Below are positions 47,901 to 61,400 of a stretch of 64,000 bases of DNA, in pieces (the first letter of the stretch is position 1; each line of letters starts with the position of its first letter). The notes beneath the pieces are model-generated. The model saw only the letters and a program-made list of their open reading frames with translations. It searched no databases and was not told where the DNA came from. Both the position numbers and the translations under genes were made by a program. Source of the stretch: Podarcis tiliguerta (Eukaryota); NCBI GenBank assembly GCA_965153285.1, contig OZ229119.1. The stretch is one strand, 5' to 3'.

Positions 47901-50900
47901 ACAGTCATTGCCAGGTTCTTATCACCAGTAGAGATAGGAGTGTAACAGATTCTGTAGCTGGTAAGGATTGCGTCTTCTTCCTTTTAAGTATTTAAGGTTA
48001 CTCATGTACAGTGTGGTTTTTTTAATTGTGTTGCCATGACTACCATTAACACTTACCTAGGACCCTCGTACCTACGGGACCGCCTCTCCTGGTATGCCCC
48101 ACGGAGAGCCTCAAGGTCCATAAATAACAACACCCTAGTGGTCCCAGGCCCTAAGGAAGTTAGATTGGCTTCAACCAGAGCCAGGGCCTTTTCAATTCTG
48201 GCTCCGGCCTGGTGGAACGCTCTGCCTCATGAGACCAGGGCCCTGCAGGATCTGATTTCTTTCCGCAGGGCCTGTAAGACAGAGTTGTTCCGCCTGGCCT
48301 TTGGCTTGGAGCCAATTTGATTCCCTCCCTCCCTCTCTTTCTTTTTTCCTTTCCTTCACCTCCTGCGATAAGGCTACTTTTTAATATTTTAATGTTCCAT
48401 TATTTTAATGTTGTATTTTATTTTTGTTTTAAGTTGTAATCATTCATCTTGTTTTTATTATTGCTTGTAAGCCGCTCTGAGCCCGGCCTTGGCTGGGGAG
48501 GGCGGGGTATAAATAAAAAATTATTATTATTATTACTAAGTGGAACAATAATGTAAGCATTGTTCAGAGGAGAAAAACTGCACTGTCCTTGAAAAATAGC
48601 TCATAATCTCTGTTATGTAGCCAGGAAGACAGAGATGTAGAAAGACAGGATTTGAGCTTTTATTAATTTAGCTTCTTAGTGAATTTCACAGAATGACCCA
48701 GTATCAGTGAGAAACACTGAAGAGCATACAAAATTTGAGAAAACTGTAAATAGTTGATTCAGACAACTGTATTAGGGAAGAGATAGACAACAATAGAGGA
48801 AATTAAATAATAATACCTTAGATGGTACAGCATGTGACTCTTAATCTCACATTGGGCAAAAGATTCTTGCATTGCACAGGGTTGGACTAGATGATCCTTG
48901 TGGTCCCTTGCAACCACATATATTCTATGGAATATACCATGCATATATACCATGAACAACAATAATTAAATAATTAAAATAAATAAATACAGCACATTTA
49001 AGCAAGCCCCGTTAAAATTCCCATGTTGTAACTTAAATCCTAATTACAGTGTAAATTCATATGTAGCATGTATTAAATTAAATATTTCCTTTTTTATTTG
49101 AATCTTAACTCTAAACACAGGCAAGAAATATGAAGTTCCTGTGGAAAGTGGACTAACACATGAAAAATCACTTGAAATATTATCCCGGTTTGTTAATATA
49201 GAAATAACAGAACTACCAGAAAAAGCTGATTGTATTGTAAAAGAATGCAAAGGTAAGAATGCTCCTTTTCTCTGCATTTTGAAACAAACCATTTTTAACT
49301 TTCATCTTATATCTGCTGTTTACTAGACTGTGACCTCATTCACATGTCATGATAAACCATATTTAATGATTTACTGTAAATGCAGCATTTGTACCTCCTT
49401 TGCAAAAATGTAGGAGAAAGAAACCACAATCCCTTGCTGTTTTCAAACTGAGCATTGTGGGGGTTTTTTCACTTGGAATAATCTACAAACTGTATCTAAG
49501 GTTTGCTCTTGACTGACAGATCATGCATTGCTTCAGAGAAAACAAAGCAAAACCCACAGTTTGAACATAATGCTAAGCCGAGGTATCATGGTTTCTTCTC
49601 CCATGTGCTAGTGCAGAGAAGCAAAGTGGGTGAGATCAGTACAGTCATACCTCTTGTTACGTTTGCTTCAGGTTAAATCTTTTCAGGCTGCATCCTGCCG
49701 TGACCCGGAAGTAACAGAACGGGTTACTTCCGGGTTTTGCCGCTTGTGCATGCACAGGTGCTCAAAATGATGTCACGTGCATGCGCAGAAGCGGCAAATT
49801 GTGACCCGCAAACGCAAGTTGCGTTCTGTTCAGGTTGCAAACAAGGCTCTGGAATGGATCCCGTTCGCAACCAGAGGTACCACTGTATGTGCATAGTAAA
49901 CAATTAGCTACGGTTAACTTTGATGTCTAAGCTAGACCAGTGAGCAACTCAATGTAAAAATTACATTTCCTTCACAGCATTCTCTTTATAATTGGCTATT
50001 CTTTTATCAAAAGTTTAATTTTCATTTAGTAATTTCACCCATTCCTGTTTTTCAGGTTCTCCTCTTGTGGTATCTTTGATAGGAGCATTATTAAGAGATT
50101 TCCCCAATCGCTGGGAATACTACCTTAAACAACTTCAAAATAAGCAATTTAAAAGAATAAGGAAATCATCATCTTATGATTATGAAGCACTTGATGAAGC
50201 CATGTCCATAAGTGTTGAAATGTTGCCAAAAGATTTCAAAGACTATTACAGAGATCTTTCTGTCCTTCAAAAGGATGTTAAAGTGCCTTCAAAGGTAAAA
50301 CCCGTTTTAAAGAAACACTGGTGGTGGTTATGGAGATTGTGACTTTTAAATCATAAAAACAAATTGTGACCATGACATCTTGCAGAAAACTGATGTTGTA
50401 ATGAGTGTGACATTAGAACTGACCCATCCTTGAGCATAATTTCTCTCCTTTTCTCTCAATGCCATGGTAAAGGTAAAGGTAAAAGGACCCCTGACCATTA
50501 GGTCCAGTGGTGGCCGACTCTGGAGTTGCGGTGCTCATCTCGCTTTATTGGCCGAGGGAGCCGGCGTACAGCTTCCGGGTCATGTGGCCAGCATGACTAA
50601 GCTGCTTCTTGCGAACCAGAGCAATATATAATGTTTGGTCTTGTTCCCTTCCTCACTAGCCAAAGAAGACTCAGAGGTCAGATTGTTTCTGAAGTGCTTG
50701 CCTGTTTGCTCACAGGGTGGTGGGCATTATGCAGCTGCTAGGGGTATCAACTGCTGGAACAGTTCTTAAAATTGCTTCTGCATTGATATAGAGTGGAGCA
50801 CTAGTTAAACATTAGGATAAAGATGTCAAAAGTAGTACATATATTTTCTTAATAATACCAAATATTATAATTAAATATTAGTACTTAGTAGCTGAAAAAC

Positions 50901-53900
50901 ATGGAAAAAGCAGTTGGAAAAATAGTTCACAGATTCTCATAAAAATTATATCTATATTTGTACAATTTTGTTTCTATGTAGTGGGAACAGTTCATACTAA
51001 TTTTAAATCTAATTGAGAGAGTTAAGGCAGAGGGCCTTCTTGGTAGTGGCGCCCACCCTGTGGAACACCCTTCCATCAGATTTAAGGAGATGAGTAATTA
51101 TATAACATTTAGGAAACATCTGAAGGCAGGCCTGTATAGGGAAGCTTTTTAAGGTTTAATGTTCTACTATGTTTTTATATATGCTGGGACCCAGGCATCC
51201 CAGTCAGATGGGCAGGGTATAAATAATAAAATTAGTACAGTGGTACCTCAGGTTACAGATGCTTCAGGTTACAGACTCCGCTACCTCATAAATAGTACCT
51301 CGGGTTAAGAACTTTGCTTCAGGATGAGAACAGAAATCATGCGGGAGGCCCCATTAGCTTAAGTGGTACCTCAGGTTAAGAACAGTTTCAGGTTAAGAAC
51401 GGACCTCCGGAACAAATTAAGTTCTTAACCCAAGGTACCACTGTAGTAGAAGTACGTGCTTAAGGCTTCTGCTGATATTAGCAAGATCCATGACCCTCAG
51501 AAGAAACTTAATTAGGGGCCTTCACTAATAATAATAATAATAATAATAATAGTAATAATAATAATAATAAATTTTATTGATATCCCGCCCTCCCCAGCCG
51601 GGCTCAGGGCGGCTAACAACAATCAAATAATGCAACATTCTAAAAACATTTCATTATAAAAATTAATTAAAATCAAATTGATGGAAACCGTTAAGCAAAA
51701 TTCTGTGCAGATTGCCAGAGGAGGGAGTCGGGCTGCGCCCTGACCAAAGGCCTGGTGGAGCAGCTCTGTCTTGCAGGCCCTGCGGAAAGATGTCAGGTCT
51801 CGCAGGGCCCTAGTCTCTTGTGACAGAGTGTTCCACCAGATTGGAGCCGCTGCCGAGAAAGCTCTGGCTCTAGTTGAGGCCAGGCTAGGGAGGAGGCATG
51901 GGGAATTATCCTTTACGAAAACATTTCTGTCTGAGTGCTGCATTGAATGCCATCTGAAGGATGCTTTCTGAGCCTCGCACTGGTGTTTCTACCTGACTTG
52001 GAATTTACCTTAGAACTGTGATGATGCCTTTTGTTTGCCTGATGGAGGATTGGGGCAGGGCGGGGGGAGAGAGAAAGAAACCTTATTTTTCATGCTTGGA
52101 ATGCAGTCTAGTGTACAAAGGTAAGACTCTTACCAGTTGCTCTACCAATTTCTGCCTCTGGTCCCATCTACCACTGACATACAGCCTCCAGAGGTTTGCT
52201 TATGATGGAATGTGCTCCCCTTGCTAAAAATGGCTCTTCCTACTGATACATAGGAAAACTTTATGGATTTCATTGGTTTTCTTTGGTTGCATAGAAATTT
52301 GATTCATTTGCATATTTTAAATTCTGAATTTGATTATCATCAAAAGTATTTGCTACTTGACCAATTATTTGTTTCAAAATGCACTTCAGGTATTCTGTAT
52401 TCTTTGGGATATGGAGACAGAGGAAGCTGAAGACATACTGCAAGAATTTGTTAACAAATCTCTCCTGTTCTGTGATCGGAATGGAAAATCATTCAAGTAT
52501 TACTTGCATGATCTCCAGCTTGACTTTCTGACAGAGAAGAATCGCTCTCAGCTTCAAGTATGCTTCTGAATTTCTAATGGTGACTTATATAAGAATTAGA
52601 CATAGCTTTAAAATGTACTTAGACAGTGTTCAAAATCTTCTTATTTAAATTGCTAGTTGTACAGTTAGATATCCTTCAGTACTAATTTCTTAATTGAATA
52701 CTAATTCAACTTTTAAAGCTATTTTGATACAGCACAACGTAAAATGCTTAGTTAGATTAATAGTGGCACTATATGACATTGGCAGGTTTATTGTATGACA
52801 CAATAATTTGCATGCTTCCTATTCCTTAGCAGAGCAAAGTCCAAGAGGAGGGAGTATCTTGAGGAATCTATTTATATTTGATAATAATCAAACAGAAGTA
52901 TCTAAAAATTAAATTCTTCTGAATTTCCTCAAGTGTTTGAAATGAAAAAAGTGTTTTATTTGCTTTTTATGGTTATTAAAATGGGCTTCCTTATGGGGAA
53001 AGTACTGCGTCATCTTTGGAGCATAATTTTAGCTTGTTTTGTGAAAGCACTTAATATTTCAGAAATATTGGGAAATGATACTAAAATGGGTGGGAGAAGA
53101 TGGATTTTAAAAGCTCAGTTTAGTGGCTTTATATGCTTGGGGAAAAACTTTGTGGATCCTTTGTTGATTTTAATGTTGGGACAGGTCTGCTTATTCATCC
53201 CTCACTACACAAGCTGCTTCTCACATTGTAGTCATTTGAGAAACTAGGTTACCTAGAAGCTTGGAGTATGCTATCGTATTGGATTGAAGCCTTTGGCTGC
53301 AATTCAGCAGCAGGGTGGGTATGCTTTGTTGTGCCATCATGGTGTATCAACCCCCTGTCTGGCAGCTGCCATTGAAATAACAAAAACCACATATGTCCAG
53401 TGCATTCATTTAACGTATCAACTAGGTTGGCCCTTTGACAGCCATGTGCAGGAAGGATGGGTGAGTGGCTTGTCAGTTCTGCTGAGTAATCAACTGTAGT
53501 AAAAATAAAAAATAAAACCTTCTAAAATGTGGTTGGCTGTTTGCCCTCTTGCCCTCTGTCCAATTCTGAGGCTGTCTAGGATTGCGGTTTTTCTGCATTG
53601 CAGTGGGTTGGACTAGATGACCAGCAGAGTCCCTTCCAACTCTACAATTCTAATTCTTTAATTTGATTTTGACATTGGATATATTGCTACAAAACTGAAG
53701 GGGGAGATGGAAGTGTATCAGCTTGCTCTACCTACGCAGCTAATGGACATACTGAGCCCAGAGCACCCTTCAGGTTCAGATCCTCCTGTCTCCAATTATT
53801 CGCTGTAGGAAGGTTGGAGCTGCAGTGGTTTGCTCTTCCTCTGTCCAGTGCACGCTTGGAGTACCATTTGGGCAAGGAGGGAAACCCAAACATTTTCCTT

Positions 53901-55761
53901 CTCAGATCTGAGCTTAAGGTGGAAAGAGGCAGCATATCAGCATGCTTATAGCTCCAACTTCAGTGTCTTCTTGTACATTGACCAGATCCTGGCTCCCCTC
54001 TCATCATGGTGAGCGGGGCAAGTGAAATTATCAACCCTGTGTATACTTGTAGCAGTAGGACAGCTTCAGTTATTTTAATTCAATAAAATGACTACATAAA
54101 GGATAAGTTCAGTCCAACATTAACAACTGCATTGTGTTTTTTAGGCACTACATAAAAAAGTAGTTGATCAATACAAGAAATGTTATAAACAGTATATACC
54201 ATCACAAGAAGACTGCATGTACTGGTATAATTTTCTGGCTTACCATATGGCAAGTGCCAATATGCACAATGTAAGTATGCACTTATATCAATCTTCTGCA
54301 TATAAGGGAAGTGTGGTTGTTCATTATTATTTAGTTGCTTCTTTCAAAAACTGAATTCAAAGCAACTCCCAAAACAAAGGTTAAAATAGATATAAAACAA
54401 TGATAAAAATTACCTAAAATACAATAATATACATAAAACAGCATAAGATATTTTTAAATTCTATTTTTTCTCTTTGAACACTGAAAAAGCTTAATTTAAT
54501 GAAAAAGGATATATAACTGCAAATTGTTTCAGTAACAGTAAGTCAAACTATTGCTATGCATGAATAAGCAAGTTTGCAGGTGCTCAGAGGAAAACTGTAT
54601 TTGCTTTGCTCCTCCTTGCAATGTTTTTGGCTTTGTGTTATGTCTCCACTAGACAAACCGTGGCTTAGTCTGGGTTACACAGCAGCAGTAGGACTGGGAG
54701 ACGAGCAAAGCAGTCACATTACTCCTCTTCAGTACCCTCACCACTGCTTGTTTACACTTAGACATGGTTTTGCTTAGTGGTCTGGTTTGCATTCCTTAAA
54801 GAATGCACTCCTTAAAGAAAATGCCAGCAGAAACACAACACAGGTGTTGGAAGATCTTACCATAATTACATGGTAAATTGAATGGTAACAATTCATCTAG
54901 TTTTGTGAAAATTGGAAAAAGCATGCCAAGGAAAATATTCATTTTAAGATGCATAAGAGATTGATTTGAAAAAGCATGAGCTAATCTGTTAAATAATGAA
55001 AGAATGTGCAACAGTGTATGGTTGTTAATGTTTCCAAAGTGTTATCACTTTATAAATGAATTTTGGAACATTATAATAGAAATGAAGTTTATTCTTCTGA
55101 AAATGCAAAGCTAAGTAACAGTTTGAAATAGCACTAAGTGTAGCTTACAAATAGGACTATTTACTTACAAAATTTTTCTTATTCTAGGAACTCTGTGCTC
55201 TCATGTTTTCACTAGACTGGATTAAAACCAAAACAGAATTGGTAGGACCTGCTCATTTAATTCATGAATATGCTGAATACAGTCAAATATTGGATGAAAA
55301 GGTATACTGTGAGAAATTAGCAACTATACTTTGCATGACTTGCATTTCTTATTTCACTTAAAGATAAGTTTGTTGTGATAATTCATCCAAGTTTTGGCAT
55401 AGTTGATAATTCTGCCTTGTGTGGAACAGGTGACGTAGTATATCTGCATTTCTGAAAAGAAACAGATTCTGATTATATTAATAAGTGAGGTAACAGAAAG
55501 AGTTTGGAGGATCTGAGGCGTACCATTTATATTGTCAAGTGTCTAACATCCCAGTTTAAACTTTTGTCCCGTTTACCCTTCTGATCAGTTAGCTCCACTA
55601 GACTCCCACTAATCTAGTTTTGTTTAACAGAATTTGTGTGATTTGCTTCATTCCTGAACATAAGGTATTTAAATGCTTCAAGGCATCTCGCTAGAAGCTG
55701 ATCACAATTTAGATTATTGTTTTATGCAGTTGACATGGTGCTTTGCAAATTTTTACGAACT

Positions 55762-55811
<50 letters not shown>

Positions 55812-58418
55812 AGCTTGCAGTCAGAATTTCAGCAATGTTGGAAAACAGAACTAGGAGTGAGGAAAGAGGCAAAGGTAAGAGTCAGAAAATGTTTGAGGGG
55901 CCTCATCTAGTCTAGCTTCCTCCTTATTACAGGATGATGCTTGCTACTTCCAGCAGCCTCTCTCTTTATATACTGTCCAGGTTCACTTTTCTTTATGTTA
56001 AGATATATATTGTTCACAGGATGCCATTGCACGTGAAAACTTCCAGGAATTTCTATCCTTAAATGGGCACCTCCTTGGGCGGCAACCATTTCCAGACATT
56101 GTACAGCTGGGTCTATGTCAACCAGAAAGTTCAGAAGTCTATCGGCAAGCAAAGCTAAAAGCTCAGCAAGAAGTTGAGAAAGGATCGTTTTATGTGGAAT
56201 GGATGTAAGCAGATGCATTTTTACCTATGAATAATATTCTGTCCAAATCAACCCCCCAAAATATAAATGTCTATACAATTTTTACCCCAGTGCTGTACAG
56301 AAGTTTTTGTGCATGCATGATTTATAAAAGTTGAGCAGAAACCAGCAGTGTTTGCCTTTTGATGCGCAAAAGGTCTCAGTTCAATCCCTGTTATCTCCAG
56401 GTAGGGCTGGGAAAGACCTCTGTTTGAAACTCCTAGGGAACCACTGCCTGTTAATGTATACTTAGCTAGATGCACCAAGGATTTAACTGAGTACAAGGCA
56501 GCTTACAATACTCTTGTGTGTGGCGATTTAACATGCATCTTTTTGTACTGCTTCAGCTGGGCTCTTAGTTAAAATGCAAACAAATATAATTCAAATACAG
56601 TGTCCTGTTGTGAACTTGAAGAGCAGCTAGATGATGATGATGTGGAAGGAAATTAAAGTTATGTTGGAAATTGATGAAATTTGCAAGGCAGTTTTGAAAT
56701 AATAACCTGTTGATGAAGAAACAATATGTGTTAAAAGAACAATAAATATTTCAATGAGTGACTGTTCTTCCAAAAACAAAATTTGGTAATATATATTGTT
56801 TCCTGAAATATGTTTTAAATTTGTCCCCGGAAATATACAAACTAAAATATTGTGTGTTTTTTATAATATAGAAATAAAAAATCCATGAAGAACATGTACC
56901 GTTTGGTTGTGCGTCCACATACAGATGCTGTTTACCATGCTTGCTTTTCCCAGGATAGACAAAGAATAGCTTCATGTGGAGCTGATAAAATGCTGCAGGT
57001 AAGATATATACAGGTATATTTTTAGCTGGTTTGCTTAAAATGAACCACAATTAACATTAGCCATGATTTTTTGCTTTGGATGACACAGCAAGCTATTGTT
57101 AAGCTAAAACAGAAGTGAAAGCTTCTGAACTCTATCCTGAGCATGTAAGCTCTAGTTTAATTGCTGCTATTTTGTGCCATGCTAAATTAGCAGTAGCTAA
57201 CCTGTGGCCTTCCAGAAGCTGCTGGACTACAACTCCTATAATTCTTGGCCATTGACAATACTGGCAAAGCCTGATAGGAATTGTAACTCAACGGCATCTG
57301 GAGAGCTGCAGGTTAGCCTCCCCTAACCTGAACTAAACTATGGTTCAGCGTGACATGCAAACACAGCCAGGGTATACTACACACAGGCTTTGCTGGGAAT
57401 CATATGTTCTCCCCTCTCCTTCCACCTAGCTGGGAGAAGGACGTAGCCTGCTTCACTTTTTAAGCTTTAGCTGTTTGCTTCCTCCAGTAGCCACATATTC
57501 CACCCTAGTTTGAGGAGCTTTCATACACTCCATGTTGATGAAGTCCTCCAGCAATATGAAAAAGAACTATTGGTTCCTATCTGAATGGTAGTTCTGTATT
57601 GATTGACAAAGCTCCTCAGGCCCTCACCTCTAGCTTCTTGGCTGCTTTCCAATTACTTAAATTTACTCTAGGATGTATATAATTGTTTCTTGTTAGGGAA
57701 ATAGATATATTTTTCTCTTCTTTGTCTCTCTGGGTCTTGTTGAAACAACCAGTTCGAGCCTGGCAAGGATGCAAACTGGATTCAGGGAGCTGCCTGCTTC
57801 CCTCTAGTTTTCTTTCCTGCCTCTGACCACAGGGTGGCACTGTTACCCATGCCAATGAGTTTTTCCAGCCACACAATACAACCATTTTTGAAAAAAGGAG
57901 AAATTTCTATGGCATATATTGTTGTACATTAATATTGCTGGTCATCTTTCCTCTTCCTTCCACCCTTTTCCTTTTAAACTAATAAAAGTTCAGTTATGCG
58001 GACAGCGCAGCTGGTAAAAGAATAACACAACAGTCTTAATATCTATGTTTAAAATAAACTTAATGCATGATTTCATAAGTATCTGTGATATTGCATTTGT
58101 AGGTGTTTAAAGCTGGAAGTGGAGAAAAACTTTTGGAAGTGAAAGCTCATGACGATGAAGTGCTGTGTTGCACTTTTTCAGCAGATGACAGATTTGTTGC
58201 CACTTGTTCAGCAGATAGAAAAGTAAAAGTAAGCAAATGATGACATATCAGTTATCCTCCTTTGAACCTATACAGCTATTTACATTTCTGGCTGTAGGTA
58301 ACTGAGAAATTCATACATTTTAAATAACTTAGATAGGTTAGATCAAACTTCTTTTACAAAGATTTCTTCCATGAATGAAATGCTAAGTTTGAAATTAGCC
58401 CAGTATTTTTATTGTATC

Positions 58419-58467
<49 letters not shown>

Positions 58468-61400
58468 TCTATATTATTAGCATTTATTATATTTATCTAT
58501 TGCCCTTCATCTGAAGATCTTATGGTGGTTCACAAAATAAAAATACAGAATAAAAGCACAAAATAGTTAAAACAAAAACAAAACAATAACCCCACTCCCA
58601 CAAACACATTTAAAAGGGCACAGAATATTAATCAGCCAAAGGCTTGGTTGAAGAAGAACTTTTTCAGCTGGAGCCTGGGGACAGCATTCCACAAACAGGG
58701 AGACACTGCAGAAAACAGAACTATAGGTCCTTCTGGTCTTTCCAAAAGGGAAGCATTAGATGAGGCAGGAGGAACCTGTGGCCCGCCCAATGCTTTTGGA
58801 CTCCCAACTTTCATGAGCTACAGACAGCATGACTAATAGTAAGAGATAATGGAAGATCACAAGTGAGACTGGCTTCCAAGTAAGTGTTCTTAGGATTAGA
58901 ACTTTAGTTGCTGCTCTTTGAATCTGTTCTAGCGTGAATGGATCCTTTTGAAAGATGGATAAGTAAAGCCATGTCTAGCATTTTAGAAGAGACCTCATCA
59001 GGAACTTATGGAAAGATATCCATGCTTAAAGTATTTATATTTATTTTAACTTTTCCTTCAGGCATATTTACAAGACAAATCTTTAAACAAATAGTATAAC
59101 TAGTGCTCCAAATTTTTAAAATCGCATTGACACTTCCCTGTCTCTACTAGACATGTTTTGCTTGAGCGTCAGCTTAGACATGATGGCGACAGATGTATAC
59201 TTTTAGAGTACAGGTTGGCATTTTCATGTCGAAAGATAGCATACAATATGGCTTTTCTCCCCAAACTCTCTATTGCTTTGTTCTGGTGATTTCTCAGACT
59301 AGAAGTCCTTCCTTCTCTGAGAGAAAAGAAAGTATGAGGAGGTGATGGGGTGTGAGGGTGTTCTATTCCCAGCCATCACATTTCTCTGTGTTAAATCAGC
59401 ATGATGTGTTCCAACAAGTCATGCTGCTGTCACATCTAGTTACACTAATATATGTAGGAACTTAATTTGCCCTGTTTGTGGCTGCATTTTCCCCGCAGTC
59501 AGTTTGTGATCAACAAATATAATAAGATATTGCTCCCCCTTTGTAGTTTATTTTATGCTGGCATTTACTACATTTTTATACTCCTTTTTCCCCCTCTAAG
59601 AAAGTTTAGTTGGGCTACATGGTCCTTCTTCCACCCATTCCCATCTTATTCTTACCACAGTCCCATGAGGATAGCTTAGGTGGTGAGATATGACTGGATC
59701 AAGGGTAACCCATTGAGCTTCATGACTGATTGAAGCCAGGATTTGAATCAAGATCTCCCCTGTCTAAATCCATCGCTGTTATTTCTAGAAAATAACAAAA
59801 TTGCTTTGTTTTTACACTTAGTGATTTGGATTTTCATTCCATAAAGTATTTCAGTGTATTATTTATATTTATAATGCCTTCTAGGTTCTCTGCAAATTCC
59901 ATCTGTACAATTCCTGTACATCTCCTTCAGGAAGGGGCAGACTTTAGGGTGGGAGGGAGAGACATTCATTGCAGACTGTGCTGTTGAATAGAAAGGAAAT
60001 GAGCCTGTTTGAAAGCTAGGCAGGAAAAGGCTTCACTCAGGTCTACCTTGAATGACCCACCCCCAAGCCATCCCATGATTGGGCCATTTAAATTAAAACG
60101 TGGTCTGTGATTGGCCAAGCCAATTTGAATTTCATGAACTTTCCCTGCATCCCACAAAGCCAATGAGGGAGATATTTTAGTTGTGCAAGAGCAAAAGGAT
60201 CCCACCCCCCACCCCCCGCCTTTGCCCACGGCCACAAGCTCTGCTGCCTGTCAAACCAGTAAGCAGGTTCTGCAACTCATTGTGATTACTCTCTGGTAAC
60301 TCTCGGTTATCCAAATCACAGTAGCATGCTGAAAACTGTTTTTTCAACTATTCTCCACTATCACTGAAATGTGGAGATCTCAGGAAATGTACTGCATGCA
60401 GAAAAAAGTTTTAGAAAGCTTTGCCAAGTGTCCAGATGAGTGTATCTATTTGAAAAATATTTCAAAACACTTATTTAATTTTTTTATTATTATTTAAAAT
60501 TACTTGTAGGTCTGGAATTCAAGAACAGGCCAGCTTGTGTGTGTGTTTGAAGAACATGCAGAGCAGGTCAACTGCTGCCAGTTTAACAATACAAATCACC
60601 GCCCATTTCTGTTGGCTACATGTTCAAATGACACTTTTGTCAAAGTAAGTAAGTAAAAAATACGGAATTCATATTGATAGTTACACTTACTTTACAGTTG
60701 TAATTTCTACACTTTCATACTCTGTGGTGGTGAGAGTATCCATGGAAATTTACCTCAGATCTGCAGACTTGGTATCCCTTACCTTAGCCACTGGAGGCCA
60801 CTTGGATTCTGCATGATTACTGGCTTTGTTAGAGTAGGAGAAGGAATTACAGACTTGCTTCCTTATGTCCATTACTCTCCGGTTCCAAGTTTTCTGCAGA
60901 AGTCACTCATATGCTTTCATTCTTGGACTGCACATTAATTACATATCCAGTTGCTTCCTGCTTGCCATGTATACTTTTGTAATAAATTGTTTTCAACCAG
61001 GATATCTGAAGGATCTCTTGTATATGAGCCTACCTGTTCTCATTGGTTGTCAGGGGAAGCTACTCCAGGCTGCGCTCCCATTTGCAGTGGTAAAACACCT
61101 GGGAAGAGAACTTATTATCAGTGGCACCCAGGCTATAGAACTCTGCCTGAGGACACTCAAATACTTCCTGACTTCAGATACCAGGTTAAAAACAGTATTG
61201 GTCAGATAATGTGTTTGTTCAAGGCATTCTCTAAAACAATGAAGGTAATGAAATGAAGTAGTTCGGCTTCTGTGTTTGATTTGTATATACTTTCATTGAT
61301 TTAATAGTGTCTGTCCTATATTACCATTTGTAAAATGTTTCACATATATACTTTGCTGCTGGCCTTTAGGGTTCAATTAGGGAGATAAGGTTACTTTATT

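Noticed and set aside
6950-51443. All four family A MITEs in the same orientation
   Set aside because: Four copies agree by chance 1 time in 8; not meaningful.
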